The notes: generated by a model not told the origin, from the letters alone. A stretch of 64,000 nucleotides of DNA from Antedon mediterranea (GCF_964355755.1 NC_092672.1:310001-374000), one strand, 5' to 3'. Counted from the first letter of the stretch, positions 1-13,910 are shown. Numbers and translations are program-made.

Positions 1-323
1 AATACATATTATTTGAAAAAATGTATTACTGATATCGAATTCATCTAGACTATCACTGTGTTTTTATGTCTATTGCGTTTTTCGTACTATTAGTTGGGAA
101 AGCCACTCGACAGTGCAGTTCTTTTGAACTGATCCACTTTTGGTTACCCGCAGGTGCTGATAGTACTTTTGTTCTGTTTTGTTGAATGATGCCGTACCTT
201 GTTTATGATTTTTGTATGTTACCTGGAAATTGAATAAAATAAAATAAAAATAAAATTTATACTAGATATTATAAAATACTATAATGCTTGAAAATATCAA
301 TATTTCTTGGCACTCTGTCATAG

Positions 324-904
324 AACAGTAGTTTTCTACTGAAAGGCTTCCCAGTATAACAGTAGTTTTCTACTGAAAGGCTTCCCAGTATAACACTAAC
401 AGTAGTTTTCTACTGAAAGGCTTCCCAGTATAACAGTAGTTTTCTACTGAAAGGCTTCCCAGTATAACAGTAGTTTTCTACTGAAAGGCTTCCCAGTATA
501 ACAGTAGTTTTCTACTGAAAGGCTTCCCAGTATAACAGTAGTTTTCTACTGAAAGGCTTCCCAGTATAACAGTAGTTTTCTACTGAAAGGCTTCCCAGTA
601 TAACAGTAGTTTTCTACTGAAAGGCTTCCCAGTATAACAGTAGTTTTCTACTGAAAGGCTTCCCAGTATAACAGTAGTTTTCTACTGAAAGGCTTCCCAG
701 TATAACAGTAGTTTTCTACTGAAAGGCTTCCCAGTATAACAGTAGTTTTCTACTGAAAGGCTTCCCAGTATAACAGTAGTTTTCTACTGAAAGGCTTCCC
801 AGTATAACAGTAGTTTTCTACTGAAAGGCTTCCCAGTATAACAGTAGTTTTCTACTGAAAGGCTTCCCAGTATAACAGTTTTCTACTGAAAGGCTTCCCA
901 GTAT
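324..904. repeat. Minisatellite, 34-bp unit x17 (AACAGTAGTTTTCTACTGAAAGGCTTCCCAGTAT)
   Basis: Head-to-tail near-identical units; one 6-bp insertion (392-397) and a 3-bp deletion in the last unit; unit contains the hairpin CAGTAG-TTTT-CTACTG; no spacers. Confidence 0.97.
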
Positions 905-1423
905 AAAGAATTTAAATAGTAAAATAAAATGTGCATTTTTATTAAATTTATGCTGATTAGTTTCTTTTTTTTTTAAATAGGAAAGGTTTTCAAAAATCAT
1001 TATGATATTAATTTTTGCTCTGCATTTTGCATTAATGTCTAAATTATTGATTTACTCAAATTACCATTTTTACCAGAGGATTAAAAGAAGACTTTTAAAC
1101 TATGCATATATTCTTTGCTTCCTATTCTGGTTCATACTCTTACTATGACTTCAGCTTGAATGTAATATCCACAATTCCTTCAAGCTAAATTTCAAATTAC
1201 AGTACAGTAACGATAGAATCATTAATTACTATATGCATTTAGGGCCTTCTTTGTAATTTTTTTTGTTGCAATCACTTCTGAAAATGATAGATAGTAGCAT
1301 AGTCAATATTAATATGTATATGCACTTAGACATTTCTGAAAATACTGTGAATAATTTAAAAATCAGTCTCTCTTAAATTTTCTCCTGATAATATAATTAT
1401 CGCTGGTTTCATTGAAAATAACA

Positions 1424-1493
1424 GTCTATTTTGTGCCTAGCTTGCCTGGATAAACTGACAATAGCCCTTTCTCCTCGAAGAGCGAGATATACC
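1424..1493 (-). mobile_element. Dispersed ~70-nt repeat family R1, copy 1 (probable 3' end of a retroposon)
   Basis: GTCTATTTTGTGCCTAGCTTGCCTGGATAAACTGACAATAGCCCTTTCTCCTCGAAGAGCGAG matches copies at 13911, 21814, 31540 and 47317; flanked by the 9-bp direct repeat AAAATAACA (1415-1423 / 1494-1502). Strand assignment is inferred. Confidence 0.65.
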
Positions 1494-2234
1494 AAAATAA
1501 CAATTTAGCATATATACAGTGCAATCAATACCTTACAGTAAATGCTCAAATACAATAATACAATTTTGCATGTCGCAATGTTGAATTATAATTTCTGAAC
1601 ACCTTACACACATAGCATACAATTAGGCATGCATACTAGTTAGAAACATTTTGTAAATTGCATGATATTTATAATTTTTGTTTATTATAATCAATATTGT
1701 ATACTGTTCATTCATACATAATATTTACAAATGGATGACAGCACTGATCATAATTCAAATCTTAAATTTCCTTTTTCAAGGTACTAATTTGACACTTGAA
1801 AAAATTTGCAGTCAAAATATGATTACATTCACCATGGCAACGCATCACTTAAACTGCTATTATTATGCATTTCTATAGTGTAGTAAAGAGCTTGTTGTTT
1901 GTGAATAAAACTCTACTGCTGTTTGTCAGTGCATCAATGAGTGTCTCCTGGCATTTCCTATAAGGTTGTCAATTTATAAAGCTTTAATGCAAAAACAGAA
2001 AAACATAAAATATTCTGTTGAGAAACAGCAGTGGTTAACATTTATTACCTTTTGTTTCCTTGTAAATTTGACAGCTAAAATAAAACACAATATTTAGACA
2101 CATTGATTTGATTCATTGTCCACATACAACTCGATTGGGCTGGGAGGATGGGGGATATTCCTGATAATCATTTAAAAAAAAACCCAAGCTAATGTATTGC
2201 GCTAACTGAGGTTCAGCAACATAGATGTATCTTA

Positions 2235-3252
2235 GGGCCTGTTCAGACCTACGGAGTTATGCTTTCGTATTGTACGCGGCGTACAAGTCCATAGGTCTGA
2301 ACCAGGAAAAGATTAGTGGAAGCCACCTCGTACGACACTGATATTTCGTACGCTACGAAAGCTCAAGGTATGAGTTTAGTGGACGTCGCTTACAATACGA
2401 AAGTCACGCATCGATGAATATGACCTAGGTTAGATATCTAGCCAATCAAATTACAATATTCGCCACATCACATCGTGACATGTGCTCCTCATCGTATAGC
2501 CAAGCTGATCCATTTGTTGTGATCGGTGAACGTGCGAAAAAATCATACCTTTTGTTTGTTGTTACACTAGGTATACAGTATTATTATTATTAATATTATT
2601 ATATTAATTAATTTAAAATGTCATCGAAGCGTGCGCATTGGCGAGAAACCGAAGTAAAATACCTTATTTCATTGTGGGGAAGCCCTGAGTTTAGAGATCG
2701 GTTGGAAGTGAAAAACTGGCGTAAAAGCACCGGCAACAAGATGTCTGTGTTCAACGAGATGGCGGACACGTTAGCAGATGGGCCATCCTCATAATATTAA
2801 TAAAGAAGGATTTAAATTATATCCAAACAAAATTGAAGGGGTCGTCGTATAAAGCGGCGAAAGACCGAGTAAATAAGTCTGGAGCCAGTGCAAGTACGGG
2901 ATTTGAACATTTTTCTGCCAGGCCATAAATGATATTTTAGGCCTAGACCAAATATAAACCCAAACCCCAAAACGATCGGCTGGTTGGTATGCCTGACAAC
3001 CCATCGATAATTCCGAGCCCAAGTGTTCGGTCTAGGCCTGTAACTCCTACCCCAACCACTACTACTTTTAATAACAACGAAGGTAGGTCTATACGTGCGT
3101 TAGAGTTTGGTTAATCGCCAGCGAGTGACATCATATCCGTTTGTAACGCAACTTCGTTGCAATGAATCTGAACACTTTGCTCTTACGACACTCATTAAAA
3201 TATGACCTTGGCTGTGATACGAAAGCATAACTCCGTAGGTCTGAACATACCC
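2235..3252 (+). mobile_element. Non-autonomous PIF/Harbinger-like DNA transposon (~1.0 kb)
   Basis: ~36-bp TIRs GGGCCTGTTCAGACCTACGGAGTTATGCTTTCGTAT / ATACGAAAGCATAACTCCGTAGGTCTGAACATACCC; flanks TTA and TAA; internal Myb/trihelix remnant. Confidence 0.85.
2618..2950 (+). pseudogene. Disrupted Myb/SANT (trihelix)-like DNA-binding ORF of the Harbinger element
   Basis: Manual translation: MSSKRAHWRETEVKYLISLWGSPEFRDRLEVKNWRKSTGNKMSVFNEMADTLADG (stop at 2792-2794), then a broken continuation IQTKLKGSSYKAAKDRVNKSGASASTGFEHF...INDILG. This fits the W...E...LI.LW...VF.E.A..L...K.K...Y...K...SG...ILG trihelix pattern. Confidence 0.75.
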
Positions 3253-3556
3253 TAATTCTACCCCAACCACAATATGTATGGTTGCATCTTGTTTTAACTG
3301 TAACCACGGAGGTATAATACAAAACATTCATAATATGATGGCCTTTGTCAACAGAGATTTACATAATTTTGTTACTGCAATGTAAATAAGTTTGTTCCTA
3401 ATTTATCTTTAAATACTCCGAGTAAGTTGATTTAATATTATTACATGCAAGTATATCAATTGTGTTAAATCATAGTCTTCAACCCAAATGAGCAATGCAA
3501 TTAGATTATTTACCTTTATTATCAAGTACCTATAGTATAATCACATCCCAACTTAG

Positions 3557-4247
3557 ATTAATGGTAATGATGTTGCCATTGATTACATTGTTTCTCTGTA
3601 TTAATGGTAATGATGTTGCCATTGATTACATTGTTTCTCTGTATTAATGGTAATGATGTTGCCATTGATTACATTGTTTCTCTGTATTAATGGTAATGAT
3701 GTTGCCATTGATTACATTGTTTCTCTGTATTAATGGTAATGATGTTGCCATTGATTACATTGTTTCTCTGTATTAATGGTAATGATGTTGCCATTGATTA
3801 CATTGTTTCTCTGTATTAATGGTAATGATGTTGCCATTGATTACATTGTTTCTCTGTATTAATGGTAATGATGTTGCCATTGATTACATTGTTTCTCTGT
3901 ATTAATGGTAATGATGTTGCCATTGATTACATTGTTTCTCTGTATTAATGGTAATGATGTTGCCATTGATTACATTGTTTCTCTGTATTAATGGTAATGA
4001 TGTTGCCATTGATTACATTGTTTCTCTGTATTAATGGTAATGATGTTGCCATTGATTACATTGTTTCTCTGTATTAATGGTAATGATGTTGCCATTGATT
4101 GCATTGTTTCTCTGTATTAATGGTAATGATGTTGCCATTGATTACATTGTTTCTCTGTATTAATGGTAATGATGTTGCCATTGATTGCATTGTTTCTCTG
4201 TATTAATGGTAATGATGTTGCCATTGATTACATTGTTTCTCTGTATT
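3557..4247. repeat. Minisatellite, 43-bp unit x16 (ATTAATGGTAATGATGTTGCCATTGATTACATTGTTTCTCTGT)
   Basis: Near-perfect tandem units with an A>G variant in two units; imperfect internal hairpin AATGGTAA...TTGCCATT. Confidence 0.97.
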
Positions 4248-5145
4248 CCTATGTCTGATATTGCTATGTCTGATATTTTCATCATATAGTGGCCTATTTT
4301 TCTATTTGATTTCCAGTGCATTTATATATGTATGTTTGTTTGCATGATAATGTCCACAATTCTAATTCAAATTTTTTTGACAAATGCACCAATATACCAA
4401 TTATACTATAGATCACTATGCTTTTCAAGAAAATCGATATATCGGTATCTTATAGCCTTATATTGGCCTTAATAATATACAGCACGGCCTCTACTTTACA
4501 ACGTAGGCTTTATCGCTCAGTTTCTGAGCGATTCATTTATTTTGTCAATTTAACTTTTTTAAATAAATATGAATACTTTGATGAATAAAACTTATCTATT
4601 TAAATGCAAATTGGAATTATTAAATGGTATACAATTTAAAATGCAAGTTTGTGATTTGTTTCTATACTGCAGTAGTTGAATCCCTGAACATGGGTTCAAC
4701 TACATCAATAATTTTTCAATCAAAAAAAATGTAACTTGTGAAGCGATAAATATATAGTTGTGAGATTTTCAGTGAGGTATGAAATGTAAAGCTGGCGATC
4801 GATATTACTGTCAAATTTAGATGAAAAACAAAGCAATAATTCATTATTAAAAACTCTAAGTTATAGAATTTGAATGTGTTATAAGAAAAATAATCCACAA
4901 AATGCCTATCATTTCATCATAATGTATTTGTTGACAGTTTTCATTAATGTTTATTTAGAAAGAAAAAATCATTAGCAATAAAAATCAAATATAGTTTCAT
5001 GTTGATAATTTGCAGATGATATTTATAACACAAATGTGTCGTTGCAATTTATCAACACACCTCGCTATGGGTGTTTCACACATGAACGTTTGCTAATAGG
5101 GAGAATTAGATTTGACCAAGCAAGTTAGGTCATATCGTACGGTTG

Positions 5146-5225
5146 GTAAGGTTTCAACCTGACCACTTTTTCACAAGAGGCCTTTGACAACTTAGTAGGC
5201 TGCACAGAAATTGTTCCTCTTTTCT
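5146..5225 (+). repeat. Dispersed repeat family R2 fragment (TAAGGTTTCAACCTGACCACTTTTTCAC...)
   Basis: The same motif occurs at ~50597 (+) and as a reverse complement at ~40600-40672. Confidence 0.7.
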
Positions 5226-5828
5226 TGCAAAAAACCACACCCCTTTTATTCTGATATCAATTCATTGTGTGCATGCAGGGAAATCGGGACATGCTTTCGT
5301 TCTTTCATTCGTCAATAATGTTCTTGGTTTGTAATCCCGACAACACATGAATGAATGATCCATGTCTTCTATCGTCACAAATTAAATGCTTCATGTTATT
5401 AACTAATTAGAAACTTTGCCCTGGAATTTATGAATAAATAAAGTTTGAGTTTCAATGTTGATATAGTTCCTGTGGCTAGGTAACCATATACTAGTAGTAG
5501 TGTAAAAACAGCAAAATATTACATGTTTAAATTGCTCTTATGAATGTTGACAACAAAGATAATTATATCTAATAAGATAACAGTTTAATGGACTTTAAGT
5601 GTTTGCTTATTATGGTAAGTGTTTGTATTGAACTAAAGAGATGTCCATTTGCATTTAGTAATGTTTACTTTTAGTCAGTCTGTATCATCAATATCATTAT
5701 CTAAAATGACATGTCAAAACATCAGGTAGGCCTGAAATTGTGTTCTATAAATATTCTACAACAAGAAATAAAAATGTGTGTATCCTTAAACTTGATAGAC
5801 AATGTAAACAATTAACAATGATTAACTA

Positions 5829-5993
5829 ATTATGATTTGTTTACTCTTAAGTGACCAATCATAACACCATATTTGTTTACTCTTAAGTGACCAATCATAA
5901 CACCATATTATGATTTGTTTACTCTTAAGTGACCAATCATAACACCATATTATGATTTGTTTACTCTTAAGTGACCAATCATAACACCATATT
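5829..5993. repeat. Tandem repeat, 42-bp unit x~4
   Basis: ATTATGATTTGTTTACTCTTAAGTGACCAATCATAACACCAT repeated; second unit lacks 6 bp. Confidence 0.93.
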
Positions 5994-8065
5994 CTTTAAA
6001 TATAATGTACTGTACATACAGCAAAATAACATAATTTAAGCATCCTTTGGAGTGGACATGAAGATAACGGTCAAGTTTTATTATTATAGACATTATAAAC
6101 ATTTTTACATCAAATTCATTTTTTAGTACGGTATTTAACTTTTATTATTTATATAGATTTACTTCCAAGGTTTAAGAACTACCTATTATGCAATTATTAA
6201 TCAAAATTTTTTTCCCAATTGGTTTCATTTGGCAGTAACAAGTGTATTGCCAACTCATTATGACGGATTTTTTATACTTGTGTAATAAGCGCAATATTTA
6301 AATGCAAATAATACATATTTTGTCAAGACAAATTATAAAATATGAACAGTATTAATGAGAAAATATTCAGGATTAGAAAAATTTTCAATAAAGAGAGAAG
6401 GTCACAAAGTTCATAAAAAACATCCATTATAAATATTTCTTTCTAAATTAAAAAAATGTAGAAATAGCTAAGAGCGCTTTAGATACATGTTTGGCATTTT
6501 AGAAAATATTTAACAAATATTCTATTCTTAAAATTTGACAGAAGATGTTAATAATAAAAAACTAATTTTTTTTGCTGAAGGGATGGTAGGCGGATGGCAT
6601 ATTATGTAATTGTGAACATGTCAATATTTTTTCATTTGTTGTATATTGTTTACTGTTTCATGTTTATCAACTTTTTAGTGGAGGTTTTTATATCTGTCAG
6701 TTGATTTTAAAAAATAATATAATATCTCAAATTAATTGATAAAAAAAAAACAAAGACAGCATTCATATTAAAGTCAGAATATTAAAACATTTTTATTGGT
6801 ACTTTAAAGTACCTGAACTTAGATTTAAGGCGTCTTGATCAAAAAGGGAAGGAAGTTGTTATCACACCCATCACACTGTACCCAGAATATGTATTCTGGA
6901 TTGAATTATAGTACTTTAAATTATTATAATTTTGCACTGATGATGGGCTAGTGTTGCCGGAAAGCTCTCCTAATTTTCTGGCTGGTTTAGTTTATCATTT
7001 TGATTTAGCTTCTTGCTTATTTTATTTTGAGATCCAGCCACTGATACCTACAGCATTGTTATTTTTTCAGTACTTTGTCATTGGATTTAAATATATATAT
7101 TCTTTTTATATTGTACCAGTAAATATTCTGGCCATCTTTTTTTACTGGTTAGAAGCCCAGCATGTTGTTTTTGTTCTTGCCGTATTAAAAATTTGAATTA
7201 ATTGGACAAAAAAATATCTCTATAAAATGTACTCTCATGACCTCTGTTGAATGTGATAAAACAATACTATACCGCTGTGATGTGATTGAAACATCTGCGT
7301 AATTGCTATTCTGCTTGATAGTTTAAAACATTCTGCATACATTCCTTGATTTATGATAGCACACTAAAACTCAAAGATTCATCTCTTCATTAAAGTGATT
7401 TTTGAAGAGTTTCTTATCATTAATGTTTCTTTTCAACCTCATTATTGCAGTTTTTTTCCTAGTGTTTTAGCGTTCTCATTGAAATTGATTTATTAGTTGA
7501 ACACCTAATTAATCAGCACTTACCTGACTTAATGTTAAATTACAAAAATTTATGTTCAGTTTGTGCTCTGCCTAGAAATCCTATTCATTTGTTAACAGAT
7601 TCAGTTTGATTAATTGTTGTATTTTAAGGTATAGCTACAGTTTGTATACCTGTGATTAGTATTTATTTTCTTTTAAAACGTGTTTGAAAAACCATGTGAC
7701 CAAAAAAGTGAGCTACTTTTTTTTAAAACCGTAATCAGCTATAGTGCACTTATTTCTGTGATTCTGCAGCCACAATAACATTTGCAAGTAGTCTAATGTA
7801 ATCATTTATATTAAAATATTGAGAAATGAAAGTTTGTTCAGATGCAATTCATTACAGTTTCCTAGCCAACACAAAATGGAGTGTGTATCCATGACAACAA
7901 GTGAATTGTTTCTATGCCAACTGGTAACATTGTATGGTAATTCAAAACAATTTATTAAGAAATGTCAATTTTGAAGGATTTGATTGCTCAAAGCGATCCA
8001 TTTCATTTCAAAAAGTGTAGTCGTTACCATTGTTATTATCATTGCAAAAATGAAGGTGTTTAGTA

Positions 8066-8126
8066 CGGGGCGCCGTTTGGGACATTGCTAATTTTGCTAA
8101 TTAGCATTGTCCCATACGGCGCCCCG
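8066..8126. mobile_element. 61-bp palindromic mini-MITE with TA flanks (Tc1/mariner-type signature)
   Basis: TA|CGGGGCGCCGTTTGGGACA...TGTCCCATACGGCGCCCCG|TA; nearly the whole element is self-complementary and GC-rich in an AT-rich background. Confidence 0.7.
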
Positions 8127-11100
8127 TAGTTTAGAGTCATATTGTCAATTTACCTATTATGAAACTGCATTCTAAACTATGTTATCTAATAATCTTCATT
8201 ACATGGCCTATATTACTTGTTATTGAATTGTTTCAAATAATGGAAGATTTACTAGTAACAACACTGACCTAAAGATGTGTTTCTCAAAATCAATAACTGA
8301 AATCAACTTGAAATATTGTTGGCTAAATAATTTATTCAATATCATGGAATATTAAATTTTGATTTTTACAGAATAAAACAATGTATAATATTGGTTCCGA
8401 TACAAACATCCAACTATCTGATTGGTCAAATGTTGATGTGCTCTTTTTAATACCTGCTGTCAAGCTCATTTATTTGAATTTCATTACTGACAACTAGGTC
8501 TGAATTTCACATTTATTTCCTGACAACGTCTGTTAGTATTCTTTCCCTACAGGCTTATCAAATGCAAGCGTAGTTATTTTTTGCTTTAGTTCTTTGAAAT
8601 ATTTCTTTTAATGTGTATCTATTAGATGATATTCCATTATAACGGGTAGTTCTGATGCTTTCATTATATTGATACCGTACCGCAGAGACATTTAGATAAT
8701 TATGAAACGAGTTCTATAACAGCATAGATTTTATGATTGCAATATTGAAATCAACTGGTTTAGTAGACATGGTATCATCAAATAGTATTTTGTATGTTTT
8801 ATCCTAAAATTCCTAAACATTTTTGCTGATCCTCCTCCAAAATATCTTTTTTCATCTATCGATAATGAAAACCAATTTTTGTCCGATTTTCTATGTATAA
8901 AGAGTGTCTTAAATTTACAGCACTCAACATTAAAAAAAAGTGATAATGTTATCTTGTAGGAGTCCTTGTAATGTTGAGTTTAGTCATTTGCAGCTTTATT
9001 TAAAATTTCTATGAATTTTTGTCAAACTTTTGCGATAGGTAATTACTGTTCATTGCTCTCATTCCGAAGTAAACGTGAAAGCTATTCATCGACCTACTTG
9101 CCAACCAGCATCACCAACCACTAGTGGCTACTTTGGACCGCATTTTCTACTTAATATATTTCAATAATTGAGTGAAGTTAAAGCTTAGAGATTTACATCT
9201 AATTCAGGCTCTTACATGGCTTTGATATCCGGTAATGTCTACAATTCTTCACTATAAATAAATCTTGACAAATTTACAGAAAAGAGATTAACCGTGACTT
9301 TCAACAGTTTTAATTGAATATGTTGCAAAACAAATTACATCAGAGGACGAAGAATTACCAATAAGGTCATTAGATAGATCTTAAGAGCTGGCCATGCTTT
9401 TCAACATTGTACAAAAAAGTCTAACACTAATTATTGAAATTGAAATTCTGTGCGTACAGTCTATAGTTGCAAAGGCAACAAACAAAATGTATATATATGA
9501 AAACATAGAAATGTTACACTTAATAAAGTTAGTTTGTACTTATTTGTGCTGTAATATAAGAACCAGCTCAACTATCCAATAAGAGGATTAAACCCTAGGG
9601 CCTAGATGATAAAAAAACTCTTAAAAAAAACCCTTTAACATGTATCTAAAAAATTATGATGCAATTTACTTTCTAGAATTAGACATTAGTTTTCACTGCC
9701 TGCAGTTGATGTATATATATGACACTGTGATACATAACATGTCAGTAGATTTCAGCCTTTAGGGCTACTAAAGTCAAGTCTTATATTTCTTTAATTACAT
9801 CGTAGTATTACAGTTAATAAAAATTACCTTAATGAACGTTATACAAGTTTACAACGAAGGTGTATTGCTGACTTGCTGATTTTTTAAATTAAAATTCTGA
9901 AAGGTAATCTGTTTTTCTGTGAAGAGTTATTTATCATTTAGTTTCAATGGTGACACTACCTGTACATCTTTGCTACATGTGATTTTTATTACACATTCAT
10001 TTTACATGTGTTTTGTCTTGATGATAGGTTCAATAAACAATAACAAATATTTACAATAAAACCAAGATGATCCAAAAAGTCTTACTTGTATTTAGGTCTA
10101 GATGGCATATTAGATATGTAATTTGATTCTTATTGTAGTCGCCTGATGAATTATATCATGTGATATTCCTAATGAAGTATTCCATTTCAAGAGATTCAGT
10201 TTGTGTACCAATTTGTATTCATATAAACATAAAAGTGCATAAATTTCCTATGACCATATTCAGAAACATATAATGTTCCTAATCCAGCTTTAGCAAAGGC
10301 AGTTCAGCCAACAATACAATAAGTAAAAGATCCCCTCAACTGTATCACTTTTATTGACCTCCACATGAATTTTACCAGACTACTACTACTATGTAGGCTA
10401 AATATGAATTACACGCTCTAATTATAACTCTGTAATTATTGCTGTCTATTACAGTCAACTGTTCAAGGTTGAATATCTTTAATATTAAAATGTGATTATC
10501 TACCTTGCACTTGGGATGGGAGATGTTATGGTTTGGTACATTCAATTTGACCTTGCTATGCTCCCCTGACACAGTTGCATTATGGGATCTTGTTGCTAAT
10601 GTCATCATCTGTGTGTTAATATTATATTTCAAAGCATGATTCATCCCCCAGAAGAACTACCATTATTTTAAATTTAATAGTTATCTTCTTATGTTAAGAA
10701 TAACATTAACATAATTAATTATCAGTTATACATTTTTAGAAGAAATGTTTAATAATTTGGTAAGTTGTTGAACAAAAAAGATATTAGATTTAAAAATTGA
10801 TGTTAGTACCTTTGCAAGAGTGGAATAACCTGCTGCCTGAAGCTTGTATATATATGATAATCCATTTTCTGAATATTCCATTTATTTGTAACGAAAGTCA
10901 ATCATCAATATTGAAAATTACAAACCTTATTATTGATTATGAATATGATTAACAAATTGAACTTTAATATATTTTACATTTTTGTAGAGTTATAAATCAA
11001 GTTGCATCCTGTGAAAGTTATTATTCTAATAATAGAAAAATAATTATTAAATATAATTAAAACTATTAAACAATTTTTGTTTAAATAATAAACTAATGAC

Positions 11101-11357
11101 ACTGAACCATTCATAGAACACATTTTTGACATGTGATATCAAAGAAGGAAATTCAAATACATTTTTTTATGTCATTTTGGAATTAAAAATCTTCTAAAGT
11201 CACATGTTCTTTATGAAACAACAATTATTGTGGTATATTAAAGTTCATCTTCAGAATCTTCACAACCTTATCCTTCTATATGTGTAACTTATTGTGTTCA
11301 TAACACCTTGGAATAATAAGAAGTGTATTTTCTTACATTTAGAATTAAGTACACCAA

Positions 11358-11460
11358 CCTAACACCTTGTATATCAACCTTATACCTTATATGATATTGA
11401 GTATGTGCCTAACACCTTGTATATCAACCTTATACCTTATATGATATTGAGTATGTGCCT
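11358..11460. repeat. Exact tandem duplication, 50 bp x2
   Basis: CCTAACACCTTGTATATCAACCTTATACCTTATATGATATTGAGTATGTG occurs twice. Confidence 0.92.
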
Positions 11461-13910
11461 GTCATTTGATTGCTAACCATGGGTTATACAGTCACAAGAT
11501 GATTCGTTTTTATTTTTACAATATTATATTGTATAAAATGCAACTAAAATTTAATTAATTTTGTTATATGTTCCTGGTTTGCTTTTTTGAAAACACTGGC
11601 GTTCATTCCAAATAAAAATAAAAAATTTATCCTTGGAAGTAATATGATTAGAAAATAATTATATAGGAATATTTATATTGAAAGTAGCAACATGTTTGTA
11701 TAATGAACGTCTGTTATATAATTGCCAAGACTAGCCAATGACGTTCCTTACAATTTACAAAGGAACGGATATCAATAAAGATTTGTTTTGTATAGTAATC
11801 CTACTGTTTATTTTACTAACATAACATTTAAGTAGAAATCTTTTTGAGTTGATTTAAAAGGACACATCTCTGAAACATTCTGACTTGCAAACAGGTGTGT
11901 TTAGTTGATCAAAATCAATGACAATGTTCATGACATCTTTCTAGAATTGCTGTGTTTTACAGACTTAAAGCGATCGCTATAGAAATTGGATCGATACAGA
12001 TAGCATCGAGTCAACTGTTAGTGTTCTGACATCATGCTAGACTTGATCCATTAAGGATATCTTCTTCCATTTCCATAAATAACATATTTATATTATATGA
12101 TTTATAATAACTTGGATTTATTGTGTTTTGTAACAATTGTAAAATCTTTTTTAACAACACATTTTTTTCCTCCTAATCTTATTGTTAGAAACATTGTATG
12201 AATATTAATAACCAGCACAGTATCATATTTCTTTAGTTAAATCCTTTCATCTCTATTTAGTACATTCTTTATCCTGGATATCTAAGCTGGGAGATTTCCT
12301 ATCTATTCTCCATATTCTCTGAGGACTTTTAACAGCTAACCAGTAAGACTGTAAATGATCAAGTAATATCGTGAAATAAATTAATATTAATAGTTTGAAT
12401 AAAAGAACCTGACTAAGCCACCTGGGAAGAGGAAATTAATATATGCAGGTAATCAGAAGACAGATGCGATGCAAATCTGAATATTTTAAGACGTTTAACG
12501 CATTTTAGTCTTGTGAAATGTGTAATAAGAATGCAACGTGTGAGACAATTGTGGGCAAGCTTCAGTTTGTTACAAACATCGCTTTAGGATTCAAGTATTA
12601 ATTATAATACAGTGATGTACAGAACAGATAAATAATATACAAAATACTGGTCACCCTGTTGAAGAAGATTGGTGTACAGTATTCAAATTCAAGGTTATAA
12701 TATTTAGCCAGTCCATCTAATTTAATTTCCTTTTTTTAGAGCTTGTTTTTTCTGCTAAAATAATTATAGCATTTCTGTATATCTTGTTAATCAATAAAAA
12801 GTACAGTCAACTTTGACAACATTTATTACTAGTATTATTACAAGATGACAATATATTTTATTTTGTAATAATTGAATAATATATAGTTTGACAGAATTTT
12901 AATCAATGGCAAATTTAAATTGTCCCATAAAAAATAGTCATAAAAGAAATGAGAGAATATTAAGATAAAGTAAATTTATATACTTGTAATTAGTGATAGA
13001 AATAAACGTTTTCATATTGTGTATTAGCTTAATTCCACTGTTGTCTCTGGGGTCTATGTTCTGCTTATGTTTTAAACCATGATTAGAAATGTATCTTCTT
13101 CGAGGTATTCTAGTTAAGTACATACTTATTGCTTGAAAACAGGAAGTTATTTAGAAACCGCTTTTTTCCTTTAATTTTTGGGGTGTTCCAATTTCTAACA
13201 AAAAAAAAACTGAATATATAATTAGATCTCTTGTGTCCAATGATAATTAGACATGTGAACGTAGAGAAACGTGCTGTGAATGCACTTTGCTCAAACCATT
13301 TCACCATAACTCTACTATTACAACACTATGCAAAATGAATTATTAATATCATTTACAACACTTTGAGTTCAACATTAATGAGGGTTTTCACCAGGGATTT
13401 CAACAACTACTGCTAAAACAGAGTCGGCACACATTGATGTCGGAAGAGAATATCAACGACAAAACGTTAATTTTAGGATTAGTAATATTATTTCCTGTCA
13501 TTTCGTATTTTATGCGTTGTGCCTGGCAAGAAAAGCGTCGGTCCATGAATTTTTAAAAGTGCAAAGACCATTTTTTAATTATAGTTTGCGCTATAAACCA
13601 TCATTGACTTTCTTCATTTATTGTTAGTCATGTGATTTGCTATTAATCGTTTGAAACTAATAATAGTATGTCTATCAAATTGTCAGAAGACTCTTTGATT
13701 TGTTAAGTAGTGATTAAGAAACAATAATAATGTAATATGTAAATAACATTGGCGCTATAAGGAATTTATACTAGTAACTGCCTCTTGTCAGTCTTTCTCT
13801 ATGCATAAATACATTATTAAAGAATTATTTATTATTATAACAAACTATGTTTAATTGTGTTGATAAATTGTTTTACTTAATATTTTATGAAATAACAATG
13901 TGAATGTTTA

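Noticed and set aside
324-904. CRISPR-like array (34-bp unit with internal palindrome)
   Set aside because: Units are head-to-tail with no unique spacers, there are no cas genes, and the context is a eukaryotic intron. The same applies to the 43- and 47-bp arrays.
1424-1493. R1 as U1 snRNA, spliced-leader RNA or hammerhead/HDV ribozyme
   Set aside because: U1 similarity stops after CTTACCTGG; no Sm site follows the minus-strand donor; I could not find a CUGAUGA core or a valid HDV pseudoknot by eye.
6951-7196. 81-aa hydrophobic ORF
   Set aside because: Composition is typical of T-rich non-coding DNA, with no domain or exon support.
10372-10644. 90-aa minus-strand ORF
   Set aside because: No recognisable motif and no phase-linked exons; the length is attainable by chance.
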